A DNA stretch of 64,000 bases, taken from positions 11,756-75,755 of the forward strand of contig NIVC01003813.1 of NCBI GenBank assembly GCA_002269645.1, in the 5' to 3' direction. A program made the position numbers and the translations under genes. How positions within the stretch are numbered: the stretch's first letter is position 1; each line of letters begins with the position of its first letter. This document shows, in pieces, positions 1-12,025 of the stretch. The notes beneath the pieces are model-generated. The model saw only the letters and a list, made by a program, of their open reading frames with translations. It did not search any database and was not told where the DNA came from. The stretch comes from Macrostomum lignano (taxonomy: Eukaryota).

Positions 1-635
1 TATTACTTTAAACTTTCATTGATCATGAATTTTTACTTTTTTGTCTATGGGAAAAACCCTTTACTATTGCACCTTTCTTAGTAATTTCTTTAGTTCACCA
101 TCACTTTTCTTTGTTTACTTGTTTTTTTTCTGTCTAGTTCAACCTTGCTATTCCTCTTTCTCTTTCTTGCCAACTGATTGGCTCTCCATTCTTTGTCTCT
201 TTTTATTTGCAAATTTCATCTCTTTCATTATTATTCTAGACTCAACTCCTCTCTTTAAGTTGGTTTTCTAAACATATTGGTTTGGGCCCTGCACACTCTT
301 AATACTATTTCTGCTTTGCTTTTCAATTTAGTTCTAATAAATAAATTTGTCCTAAAAACAAATAACCTAATCTATATTCTACATCAATTAAAAAATTAAA
401 TGTATGTATATACAAAATATAATTAAAAAATTCCTTTTTTGGCCTTGATAGAGCTTTAGTAAATTAATATAGGTGCCAGTTTAATCATTGTTATATTTAG
501 ATCTAACATCAACAATATGTTTGCTCTTTCTTGCAAAAAATCTACTGCTTTATATGCCTCTCTTGGTCAATTTTTTGTTCTGGGCACTGGATATATAAAG
601 TGCACTCAGAGACAAAGTGTCCATGAATTTTTTTT

Positions 636-885
636 GGAAGTGCTTATCCCCACAGTCCTATGCTGATAATTCTAATTTTATCCACACGGATCCATGTTGA
701 TAATTTCTAGCTTATCCCCACAGCAGCTTATTGAAATAGCTGCTACTATTCAAGTCTATAGGCCATGTCAATAATTCCAATTTTATCCATATAGATCTGT
801 GTCAACAATTTTTAGCTTATCCCCATAGCTAAGATTGTGTAGCTTTTTGTTTAGTTTTGTATACTGGTGTTAAATAGATATTATC

Positions 886-916
<31 letters not shown>

Positions 917-1259
917 CTATATATTGAATTTTGAAATTTGCAAGTCTCATTTGCCTCAATCTTAGGGTCCATTAGGTCATTCTAAGTGAAGCCAACAGCT
1001 AAGCAAATATTTAAAATTAACCCTTTAAACAACCAAAAAGTTTTACCAAAGTACTCAATACTATTCAATATTCAATAGTTTATTTCATATTTGGAAGATT
1101 TATAAAACACTGAAAACAAACAGATGGTTTTTGAATAGATTCATTTTAAGGTTCTATATTCCAATAAGCTGCCGTGGGAATAAGCTGAAAATTATTGACA
1201 CAGATCCATGTGAATAAAATTGGAATTATCAGCATGGGACCATGGGGATAAGAACTTCC
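636..1259. mobile_element. MITE-like element with ~105-bp imperfect terminal inverted repeats
   Basis: 636-740 (ggaagtgcttatccccacagtcctatgctgataatt...gcagcttattgaaatag) is the approximate reverse complement of 1155-1259. A partial extra direct copy lies at ~765-830. T-rich flanks, no ORF. Confidence 0.65.
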
Positions 1260-1618
1260 TTTTATTTTTTGTCTATGGTAAAAAGGCTTTGTAACAGAGA
1301 AGTTCAATGTTCAAGTCTTGACTTGGCATTTCTTTAAGCAAGCCCTAGTCTGCAATAGCTTTTTTAGCTTTCTAGCAATCTTTATATAGCCTAGCTTATA
1401 ATAGAATTAACAACTTTTCCTATTAATTGGCAAAACTATCTAGTTTGACATGTTCCTATTTTATAGGCCTATTGTAGGTACCATTTTGCTTTAGAGTACA
1501 GCTAAGAAAAGCATACAAAATTTATGAAGACTTGCCTGCAGACTATATATTAACATAGATAGATAGGATTACTACTGCCTATGCCTTCTTATGATACTAT
1601 GTTATCAAAGAACAAGTC

Positions 1619-2230
1619 CATACATGCGCAACTGCTGGCTGACCTGGCCACCATAAATTGTGGTAGACTAGGGGTAAGTCGCAAAAATGCCCATCCCAAA
1701 GAATATAGATATAGTACTAATTAGATGATGAGGCATTTAGCCCTTATAAGACAGACATAGTTACTCCTGTTGTTTACCCAAAATTGTGTTAATGTTGCTC
1801 TAGGGTTTCTTTCAACACCCTAATGGAAAAGTGACATTTTCCCGGACATGTGTCCGGCACATTTTTTAAATTTCAGGTTGGTGCAGCGTGGCTATGGGAA
1901 GTCACGTGTTTGGCATGGCACGATGCAATGCAGGAGGTTGCGCAGCGGCAAGACGCAGCATAGGAGGTTGCGTAGCAGCGCGACATGGCGCAGTATGGTG
2001 CAACCCAAGTCGCAACAAGGAAATATATATGTAGCGCGACATGGAGCTTGGCTTGGAGCTTTTAGCTTGGCGCACTTTTAGGGCTAAATTTTTGGCCTTG
2101 GCGCACTTTTAAGCTAAAGGCTGTCGCTTCTTGGCGCATGTCCGAGCAGTTTATGCAAAAATTCCAATTGGGTTTCACAGGTAAATCACATTTTTGGTTA
2201 AAAAGTAAGTCACATGGCCAGTGTAAATCT
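1619..2230 (-). mobile_element. Copy of the CATACATGCGCAAC hAT-type MITE family, interrupted by a nested ggcgca-rich insert (~1841-2146)
   Basis: Starts with catacatgcgcaac. Internal blocks (gatgaggcatttagccc, gttactcctgttgtttaccc, tttttggttaaaaagtaagtcacatggcc) are reverse complements of the intact copy at 48679-48966. The insert has cggacatg/catgtccg inverted ends. The far terminus is degenerate. Confidence 0.6.
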
Positions 2231-4940
2231 AGGGGCCTATTGATCTATTGAAGGTCAAACAGCATAGGCCCTAGCAATAGCAACAATAGGCCTAAATAGG
2301 CATCTGCCTTGGCTTTACTACCTAAGGCCATCAAGAAGAACCATTTGTTCTATGGTTACTAGCTAGCAGTGATGAAAAACCAAAGTTATCAAGCAAGTAG
2401 AACTGTAGAAAATTGACTAGGCCTATTTTATTCATTTTGGAGTTATAGGCCTACAGAAAAGCTATTTGCATAGGCCTAATATTATAAATTCTGATTAAAA
2501 ATGGCTGGTCAATGCAAAGGACATTGCATTGAACTAAAATAAAATTTGAGCAATGACCAAATATGACAATTTAATACAAGTCAAAGGCATAAAAGTCAAA
2601 CAATATAGGAGACAAAGTCGCAAAAATAAACACTTTTGTTCAACAAAACTAGGCCTAGGGGTGAGTCAAATTTTCAATTTTCAACCAAAAGTCGCATAGG
2701 GCCTAGGCCTAGCCAGAGTAAGTTCAAAGGTTGCACATGGGTTATACAGACCAGTACTACTACAACTTTACAGGTGGCGGATGACTGACAGTTGAAAGCA
2801 CTTAATCAACTAGGCCATATACGATTACACGATACCATAGGCCTGCCTAGGCCTAACGATCTGGGCATCTGGCCTAACTTTATTTCATTTTCTGAGTTTT
2901 AGGCCTATGAGAGATACTCTATCACATTCAATGTTTGTAGCTAGGCCACATCGTAAGATTTGTTATATATTTATATCATTTAAATAATTTCAGACATTAG
3001 TGAACAACGGGTGTAACTATAAAACAACTACTAAATTTTTACTAGAATATAACTAGCCAGTTAGACCCCCTTAGGGGGTTGTGGACAAGTTGACCCCCTT
3101 CAGGTCAGGTACCACGAACTTACAACAACTGTTCATACAAAAAGTACTAAGCCAATCAGCCCCCCCCCCTCCGGAGAGCACAGAATGTAAACATAATGAT
3201 TAATGACCAACGTTTATAGTATAAGACCTAAAGTATAGTATAAGAGTATAGGAGACAAGACAAGAGAGTGTAAGAAATACTATTTTCTATTACATTTAAA
3301 CTGCAATCGTATTAACAAAGTATATCCTTATCTCGGCACTATAAGTTTAAAAAGTATCAATTTTAATAATAAAATACATGAAGCAAACAACCGCATTAAC
3401 ATCAAAACGACTAAAACATTGATAAAAGGCTCAAACTATCAAAGATCGTATTTAGGACATTATCAGACAGACAAACCTTAGAGATTTAGTTATATTGTGA
3501 TAATGTAAAACGTTTTAGCGAATTAGCTCAGCTCAGCATCGAACCCATGTTCAGTTCCGTGGTGGGTGGCTAAAATTATTTGCTGCTATAGTGCACGAAA
3601 TTTGGCCCATCGGTAAATGTACATGTATACCTGCATATTGTTATCATGTAATTTCACACCCCATGGCACGCAAAAGCCCAAGACAACAGAGATTCCTTGG
3701 TCTACTGGGTTTGTATTCATTCAAATCTGTGTAGCATTTACCATCGATTTTACAAGTTATTTCGAAGCTGCTTTAGAAGTTGATATTCAATGACGATTGA
3801 CGATCGACTTATAATTAAGTGGTGTAGCTATAGGATATCCGCGTGTCGACGCAAATTAATTTCCCCGCTCATGTATGCCTTATACATGTAATAAGTTTTA
3901 CACCTTCAATTCAGTTTGAATAGTGTATCAACCCAATTTAGTGAACGTTAATGTTAAAAAATTCTAACATTAAATGGCCGCGGTTTTGATTTGTGTGAAA
4001 CGTGATTCGACGGAGGTGTTTTTGAAGGCCCGTTTTTACTTGTATTTATAGCGATGCTTGCCTCTTCAAAAAAGACATTCTACTTTTGCACTATTTACAT
4101 GTACGAGTGTTGCGTTCTGATACAATGGCATCTTCTAGTGGTCTAATTAGGTCCTCACGTACATTAATTAATTATACGCGAAAGTTCAATGTACACATGT
4201 ACATTATACATGCAAAAACACATGCAGCTGTGCTGTATGCTTAATACAAGGAGAGGCCGCCATGGATTCCATTGTTAGGGGATTATTAATAAATAACGAA
4301 AAATTAATTGTCTTTGCTAATTTTAGAGCTGCGCATATGGCTCTCATTTTGGCGCCGTAGAAACTCAGCTTGGCGCTGTGGGCACTCGATCATATCACAT
4401 GTACAGTAGCATGCATGTTTCCCCAAAACAAAACGACTGATTTCAAATGCGCAAGTTATAAGAGTTTGTTTTATGAACAAATTATAAAAAGCTTTTGAAT
4501 AAATAAACTTTTCAAAGACCACGCGGGCGTCACAAGATCCCCGCATTCTTCACTTGGATTTTAGTGATCCATACATGTACATGCATATACCTACATGTAC
4601 ATGTACGTGTACACGTGTAAGCTAGTTATAACTCAAACTGAGACGGAAGCATAAGCCCTCGACTAAACTTGTTCTGCCCAGAAACAATTTACATGTAAAA
4701 ATAAGCGCTCTCATGCAGCACACACGACAGTACTCGTACATGCACTGCACCATATGGCGGATATGGAAAATTGCTATAGAGATTGATCGATAAAATATCC
4801 TAATAGATTGAGGGGGGGGATCGTCTGTTGCTGCACTGTCTCGACTGTATAACTTATGGATTGTAAATTTTCTTTCTCCAATTTTTTAAAGTCTTTAATA
4901 TATATGCTGCACACAGTGCTTAGGGCGGTAATTCTTCCAG

Positions 4941-5252
4941 GCAGATTGTATAATCGCGCGACCACACACGGCTTTAGCAACAATGGGAGGCAATCAGTCC
5001 TGGCTAAACTGCGATTCAGCATTGCCAGCTCCGGCTGGTCAGCAGCAGACTGAAGAGGCCGAAGGCAGCCTGTTGCTAGCCGCCCTGCTGTTAATCGGTA
5101 CAGTACTGCTCACTCTGCTCATCACCGCCATCGCTGTTTGCGTAGTCATGATGCGTCGTCAACGAAACGAAGCGCCTGGTACACCGTCCGAGGATATGGA
5201 CTTCGAAACATCTCGGTCGGCTGCTGCGTTCGAGAATAAAGGCTTTAAATGA
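4941..5252 (+). CDS. Probable 3'-terminal exon of a single-pass membrane protein (TM helix plus short cytoplasmic tail)
   Basis: Acceptor ttcttccag at 4940 is in frame with the 4983-5252 ORF. Hydrophobic LLLAALLLIGTVLLTLLITAIAVCVVMM is followed by basic RRQR and a tail ending FENKGFK. No upstream exon is recognisable in the window. Confidence 0.55.
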   Translation, partial: ADCIIARPHTALATMGGNQSWLNCDSALPAPAGQQQTEEAEGSLLLAALLLIGTVLLTLLITAIAVCVVMMRRQRNEAPGTPSEDMDFETSRSAAAFENKGFK

Positions 5253-5413
5253 TTAATACATTATATGAATTTTGCATGGACTCAATTTACTTCATAAACA
5301 TTGTAAACCAATATTTTAGTTACGTAATACATTGTACCCATTGTACCTGGACACTGTAGTTAGAGAGCGCTTTTATTTTTTGTCGTGATTTTTATGCTGG
5401 AGGTGAGACGAAA

Positions 5414-5920
5414 CGGGCGCCCACTAAGGGGCAGGGGCGCCCACTAAGAGGCAGGGGCGCCCACTAAGGGGGCAGGGGCGCCCACTAAGGGGCAGGGGCG
5501 CCCACTAAGAGGCAGGGGCGCCCACTAAGGGGGCAGGGGCGCCCACTAAGGGGGAAGGGGCGCCCACTAAAAGGCAGGGGCGCCCACTAAGGGGGCAGGG
5601 GCGCCCACTAAAAGGCAGGGGCGCCCACTAAGGGGCAGGGGCGCCCACTAAGGGGGCAGGGGCGCCCACTAAGGGAGCAGGGGCGCCCACTAAAAGAGGC
5701 AGGGGCGCCAATAAAGGTACTTATTTTGGAAGGCGCCACTTTATTGGGGGCGCTATTGACTGGGCGCTATTGATCTAGAGCATTAAATTGATACACTAAG
5801 GGGCGCCAGCACCAAGGGGCGCCAGCACCAAGGGGCGCCAGCACCAAGGGGCGCCAGCACCAAGGGGCGCCAGCACCAAGGGGCGCCAGCACCAAGGGGC
5901 GCCAGCACCAAGGGGCGCCA
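5414..5920. repeat. Two adjacent GC-rich minisatellites (~21-22 bp gggcgcccactaagggggcag; 17 bp ggggcgccagcaccaag)
   Basis: Directly visible tandem units at ~5414-5712 and ~5800-5920. Confidence 0.9.
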
Positions 5921-6429
5921 GAAAACTCAACTTTTTCCATTGATGGTGCTTAGACAATAAACGCCAAATTATTTTGTACTTGAAATCCCTCAGCTTAGAG
6001 GGAACGATGAAATAGCGCAGCAGCAGCTCATTTATAATTCATAGGCAGCAGGTACGCAAACAGCGGTATGAACCGGGAATTCAGTGCTGAAGTGAGGCTT
6101 GAGTCTCGGAGCTTCCTTCCTCATCTAGGCGCATTGTCAGTTCCGATACAATAGCCACTTAAACGGGAGAGGCTACTCCTGGCTACCTTCCTGCTTTCCA
6201 GCTGATGAGAAGTAGATCTGAGCGCTTTAAGCTAAATATATGCTACTGTATTTGTGTAGTATGTGGTTCAGGCTATCGGTAGGCTTCTGGTTACGTACTA
6301 TTATTTAATTTATTGTTTTCATCAATGTAGTTCGAGAGATTTTGCTGCGTCTTTAGAAATAATCGGACGCTAAATTAGAAATAAACTGGAGGCGGGTATG
6401 GAACTTAGTGCATTTATTATGCTTTATAG

Positions 6430-8151
6430 CAAGGGTTGGCAAACTCGTTTACCTCAAGGGCCAGATGAGGAATCTAGCGCATGACTGCTGAGAGGAGAGG
6501 GTGAAATGGAATAGAGAAGAGAGGAGAGGAGAGGAGAGGAGAGGAGAGGAGAGGAGAGGAGAGGAGAGGAGAGGAGAGAGAGAGGAGAGGAGAGGAGAGG
6601 AGAGGAGAGGAGAGGAGAGAGAGGAGAGGAGAGGAGAGGAGAGGAGAGGAGAGGAGAGGAGAGAGAGGAGAGGAGAGAGGGAGAGGAGAGGAGAGGAGAG
6701 GAGAGGAGAGGAGAGGAGAGGAGAGGAGAGGAGAGGAGAGGAGAGGAGAGGAGAGGAGAGGAGAGGAGAGGAGAGGAGAGGAGAGGAGAGGAGAGAGAGG
6801 AGAGGAGAGGAGAGGAGAGGAGAGGAGAGGAGAGGAGAGGAAGGAGAGGAGAGGAGAGGAGAGGAGAGGAGAGGAGAGGAGAGGAGAGGAGAGGAGAGAG
6901 AGGAGAGGAGAGGAGAGAGGAGAGGAGAGGAGAGAGAGGAGAGGAGAGGAGAGGAGAGGAGAGGAGAGAGAGGAGAGGAGAGGAGAGGAGAGAGAGGAGA
7001 GGAGAGGAGAGGAGAGGAGAGGAGAGGAGAGGAGAGGAGAGGAGAGAGAGAGGAGAGGAGAGGAGAGGAGAGGAGAGGAGAGGAGAGGAGAGGAGAGGAG
7101 AGGAGAGGAGAGGAGAGGAGAGGAGAGGAGAGGAGAGGAGAGGAGAGGAGAGGAGAGAGAGAGGAGAGGAGAGGAGAGGAGAGGAGAGAGGAGGAGAGGA
7201 GAGGAGAGAGGAGAGGAGAGGAGAGGAGAGGAGAGGAGAGGAGAGTAGAGTAGAGGAGAGGAGAGGAGAGGAGAGGAGAGGAGAGGAGAGTAGAGTAGAG
7301 GAGAGGAGAGGAGAGTAGAGGAGAGTAGAGTAGAGTAGAGTAGAGTAGAGGAGAGGAGAGGACAGGAGAGGAGAGGAGAGGAGAGTAGAGTAGAGTAGAG
7401 TAGAGTAGAGTAGAGTAGAGTAGAGGAGAGGAGAGGACAGGAGAGGAGAGGAGAGGAGAGTAGAGTAGAGTAGAGTAGAGTAGAGTAGAGTAGAGGAGAG
7501 GAGAGGACAGGAGAGGAGAGGAGAGTAGAGTAGAGTAGAGTAGAGTAGAGTAGAGTAGAGTAGAGTAGAGGAGAGGAGAGGACAGGAGAGGAGAGGAGAG
7601 GAGAGTAGAGTAGAGTAGAGTAGAGTAGAGTAGAGTAGAGTAGAGTAGAGGAGAGGAGAGGAGAGGAGAGTAGAGTAGAGTAGAGTAGAGTAGAGTAGAG
7701 TAGAGTAGAGTAGAGTAGAGTAGAGTAGAGTAGAGGAGAGGACAGGAGAGGAGAGGAGAGGAGAGGAGAGTAGAGTAGAGTAGAGTAGAGTAGAGTAGAG
7801 TAGAGTAGAGGAGAGGAGAGGACAGGAGAGGAGAGGAGAGGAGAGTAGAGTAGAGGAGAGGAGAGGAATGGAGAGGAGAGAAGAGGAGAGGAGAGGAGAG
7901 GAGAGAAGAGGAGAGAAGAGGAGAGGAGAGGAGAGGAGAGGAAAGGAGAGGAGAGGAATGGAGAGGAGAGGAGAGGAGAGGAGAGAAGAGGAGAGAAGAG
8001 GAGAGGAGAGGAGAGGAGAGGAAAGGAGAGGAGAGGAATGGAGAGGAGAGGAGAGGAGAGACACAAACCTTGAGTCGGCCAGATTGCTATTGTGAAGTGT
8101 CAAAGGACCCGAGGGCGCACGTGGCCCGCGAGCCGAAATTGGCCGACCCTG
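6430..8151. mobile_element. hAT-like non-autonomous element whose interior is a ~1.55-kb (GAGAG)n/(GAGTA)n array
   Basis: Left end caagggttggcaaact...gggccagat; right end cgcgagccgaaattggccgaccctg (imperfect inverted ends). The same right end follows an AG-rich array at 43785-43878. No TSD found. Confidence 0.55.
6505..8062. repeat. Pentanucleotide microsatellite (GAGAG)n grading into (GAGTA)n
   Basis: Directly visible. It generates the spurious SSPLL and GEERR ORFs. Confidence 0.97.
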
Positions 8152-8841
8152 CATGCTCTCCAGAGAACGCACAGCGTTGAATGGGATTTCGCCATAGACA
8201 AATTATTTTTGCTTTTTAGTGCGCGAAGCGTTAGCATTAGCAGTAACATTAAGCAAACAATATTAAAATTAACATTCTCACCCTTGAGACAAAAAGGGGA
8301 GATTGTCTGGGGTGGGGGGGAGATTCTCAAGGAGAAGAAGTTTATTTCGTTGGGTGCTTGCAGGATCCAAAAGGCCGCCAAAAGGTATACTCATGAGCTG
8401 CTCTGGATATTTCAGGAACAACTCGTGGCAAAAAATCTTAAAAGGTGCACTGTCCTATGACCAATACCATTATAGTCTGCATTTGAAATTCCTGCTGTAC
8501 TTCATAACCAACTAAATTTTAACAATCACTCTATTTGTAAACCTGTACGAATATTATATTATAACGGGTGTAACTCCAACAACATGCGGACGGATAAATA
8601 AAGACTGACTCTTTTTCCGCGAGGGCACGAGAATGCATTGTGAGCTTCAATTCGAAACTGATTTGCTATCGATTCGCAAACTGCGGCTGGAGAGGTCTGA
8701 AATTAATTTTTAATGAAAGCGGTCTTGAAGGTAGCAAGATTGGCATCCACAGCTACATTGATCCCAAATGTTCCAATAAAATCCCACTGCATAGGATTAT
8801 AGAAGCCCTCGCAGCCGCGCACGACTCCTGCTCTCAAACGC

Positions 8842-8843
<2 letters not shown>

Positions 8844-8902
<59 letters not shown>

Positions 8903-8925
8903 TGTGTGTGTGTGTGTACGTGTGT
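8844..8925. repeat. (GT)n microsatellite
   Basis: Directly visible. Confidence 0.97.
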
Positions 8926-9205
8926 ATGTACGCGCAGAACCCCCTCTCCTCCTTGTGCTCATCCTGCACTGGATTGGATTGCTTGATCTTGGACTGGCTC
9001 CTCCTGTCCTCCCTTCCCCTCCCCATCACCTCTTCCCACGTTTCTTGCACGAAGATGTAGCTGCTATGGATTTTCCTTTCTCCCCTCTGGCAGATGCTCA
9101 GGGCGGATCAGTAGGTTGTGGGAGAGATAGATTTTAGACTGCAGTTCAGATGTTCAGGGCAAAAAAGTTAAGAATGGAAATAGGCATCATTGAAATTAGC
9201 AGGGA

Positions 9206-10366
9206 ATGAACAGCAGCTGTCATCTAACCGAGACGATCTGCGGCAGGGGAATGTCAAAACTAAAATTATTAGGCGCGGTTGTCTTCATCGCAGTTGCTTT
9301 AGTAACGCTCAGCGGATGGGACGAGAGACTCTTTGGAAAGACTCGCCGCCCGTTGCTGAGGCCAACTGATCACGACTCGAATTCGGCTGAATCGAACTTG
9401 CTGCCGCCTTTGTGCGGCAAGTTGCAGGCAAGATTTCCTCCCGGCTCGATCCCACCGCTGGTGCACTGGACTAGCAGGGACGGCCGAATTCCAGCTAAAC
9501 TGGTGAACAGCGTGCTGACTTGGCGACGCCTGTTGAACAGCAGTGGTGGCGACGCGATTAAGTGGCAATTCATGCACTGGGACGACAGGCAGATCTCTGA
9601 GCTGGTCTCAAAGCACTACCCGATGCTGAACAGGAGCTACGCCAAGCTGGTCAACGGTCTGGAGCGATCTGACATCGGCAGGCTGGTGGTGCTGCACCAT
9701 GTCGGCGGCATGTACGTCGACACGGACGTGGAATTGTTGCGCGATCTTTCGCCGTTGATGAATTCGTCTCGTCTACTGCTCGGTAAGGACACCAGCCGGA
9801 CCAGGTGTTGCAGCGCCGTGCTCGTTGAGGAACCGGTTGAGCACGCTCTGTTTGTGCACAACATGCCAAGACTGGTCTCCAATGCCGTGATGCTGAGCAG
9901 GGCTAATCACAGCTTCCTGAATTATTTATTAAACTCTTGGCCAACCTGGTTTGAAGCTAACTGGGCCAGAAAAACGAACAGGAGACACACGCAAGCGCCC
10001 GAGGTCACCGGGCCGCTCATGCTGAACCGGTTCTTCAATGAGTACAGAGCCTGGCCGCCTGACCAGCGACCGTCGGACTGGTCCAGCCTCCAGCTGGTGG
10101 ACGCTGAACTGTTCCAGCCCAGATTCGACGAGACCAGTCAGCACCACCGGCTGAAGAAGTTCTGCTCCGTCGCTCCGGAGAAATTGAACCAGCTGAAGAG
10201 GCTCCACTGTGAACGTCTGGCGCTGGCGAAGTTTAGAAATCAGCCAATTCCAAAGCACGCCTTCACAGTGCACGCCTTTATGCATCTGAGCTACACCAAA
10301 ACCATGGACTTAGCCAATTCGAAGACTATCGCTGATTTGTTGCCAATTTCGCACTGTCAATTATGA
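9206..10366 (+). CDS. Intronless type II membrane GT32-family (DXD sugar-binding, OCH1/SUR1-like) glycosyltransferase, paralogue A
   Basis: N-terminal signal anchor LLGAVVFIAVALVTLSGW (Met at 9251 may be the start). IPPLVHWT, RSDIGRLVVLHHVGGMYVDTD (DXD), SNAVM and VTGP motifs are typical of GT32 enzymes. Confidence 0.88.
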   Translation: MNSSCHLTETICGRGMSKLKLLGAVVFIAVALVTLSGWDERLFGKTRRPLLRPTDHDSNSAESNLLPPLCGKLQARFPPGSIPPLVHWTSRDGRIPAKLVNSVLTWRRLLNSSGGDAIKWQFMHWDDRQISELVSKHYPMLNRSYAKLVNGLERSDIGRLVVLHHVGGMYVDTDVELLRDLSPLMNSSRLLLGKDTSRTRCCSAVLVEEPVEHALFVHNMPRLVSNAVMLSRANHSFLNYLLNSWPTWFEANWARKTNRRHTQAPEVTGPLMLNRFFNEYRAWPPDQRPSDWSSLQLVDAELFQPRFDETSQHHRLKKFCSVAPEKLNQLKRLHCERLALAKFRNQPIPKHAFTVHAFMHLSYTKTMDLANSKTIADLLPISHCQL

Positions 10367-10819
10367 CAAACTCGTCACTGATTGTGTTTTTCTTACATAA
10401 TACATGCAGTATGTCTCACAAGCCTTCATTATAATTATCAAAGAGTATTTATCAAAGTTATCATATCTGGTTAAAGTTTGCTAATCGTGTTTTTCTCGAT
10501 CAAAAATGGATTTCTTGTCAAGCAATGTGTATTGCTTTTTTTACTCCACGCCTCAAATTGTTTCCTCCCTGTTTGACGAACCAAAACTGGTTTGGTCAGG
10601 CCTGTTGCAGCTCATATTGTTCAGTTTTCTATCTCTAAAACCAACCCGTGGATCTTTCTTTGCCTTTCTAACTAATTTTCAAACGCTAAACTCATAAATA
10701 AGTAATTACATGTATTTGGACTCAATATAACTGCTGATTGGTTTTCATAGATTAAGACATCATTCTGATGGTTTGGTGAGCAACTGGGGGCTTTAGCGTC
10801 TCTTCAAAGCATTGGTGGC

Positions 10820-11645
10820 GCCACATTCACAGTGGTTGAAGAGCCACATTCACAGTGGCTGTAGAGCCACATTCACAGTGGCTGTAGAGCCACATTCACA
10901 GTGGCTGTAGAGCCACATTCACAGTGGCTGTAGAGCCGCATTCACAGTGGTTGTAGAGCCACATTCACAGTGGCTGTAGAGCCACATTCACAGTGGCTGT
11001 AGAGCCACATTCACAGTGGCTGTAGAGCCACATTCACAGTGGCTGTAGGGTCACATTCACAGTGGTTGTAGAGCCACATTCACAGTGGCTGTAGAGCCAC
11101 ATTCACAGTGGCTGTAGGGTCACATTCACAGTGGCTGTAGAGCCACATTCACAGTGGCTGTAGAGCCACATTCACAGTGGCTGTAGAGCCACATTCACAG
11201 TGGTTGTAGAGCCACATTCACAGTGGCTGTAGAGCCACATTCACAGTGGCTGTAGAGCCACATTCACAGTGGCTGTAGAGCCACATTCACAGTGGCTGTA
11301 GGGTCACATTCACAGTGGCTGTAGAGCCACATTCACAGTGGCTGTAGAGCCACATTCACAGTGGCTGTAGATTCACATTCACAGTGGTTGTAGAGCCACA
11401 TTCACAGTGGCTGTAGAGCCGCATTCACAGTGGTTGTAGAGCCACATTCACAGTGGCTGTAGAGCAATATTCACAGTGGCTTTAGCGCCACAGCCACAGT
11501 GGCTTTAGCGCCACATTCACAGTAGCCTTAGCGCCACATTCACAGTAGCCTTAGCGTCACATTCACAGTAGCCTTAGCGCCACATTCACAGTAGCCTTAG
11601 CGTCACATTCACAGTGGCTTTAGCGCCACAGCCACAGTGGCTGTA
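10820..11645. repeat. 23-bp minisatellite (gagccacattcacagtggctgta), ~35 copies
   Basis: Directly visible tandem units without spacers. Confidence 0.95.
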
Positions 11646-12025
11646 ACGCCCCCTGGACTGGTCTCATTGATGCCCCCCTTTTCTCATATAAGGGATATAG
11701 GAAACAACTTGCCCAACTCAGTCCAAGCAGACCCCGTACTCGCTCGCTGTGCGGTCAACACGCGTGGCCGCACAGCGAGCTGCTGGTTGCCATATAGCTC
11801 AAGCAGACAATAGCTTAGCGCTACAGCAGACGATCGGTCCCTATCGCTCGCAAAAATGCAAAGCTACTGCAGTACTGTAAACTCCACTGCAGTTACTCAT
11901 TCAATCTACAGCATTTAACCCGAAAGCCACTATATGTAGTTCAATCCGCAAGGCTTCAAGTCTCGAAAAAAGTTGGACTATAATCCACGCTCTAATCTTA
12001 GTTTGAGGCTCAATTTAGACCAGCC

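Noticed and set aside
6454-8172. Long ORFs of 250-572 aa (SSPLL and GEERR repeats)
   Set aside because: They are translations of a pentanucleotide microsatellite, open in several frames on both strands.
8640-9137. ORFs spanning the (GT)n tract upstream of GT32-A
   Set aside because: CVCV/HTHT runs come from the microsatellite, and the remainder has no recognisable domain.
10820-11645. CRISPR-like array (short repeats with internal hairpin)
   Set aside because: Units are head-to-tail with no unique spacers, there are no cas genes, and the context is eukaryotic. The same applies to all other arrays in the window.
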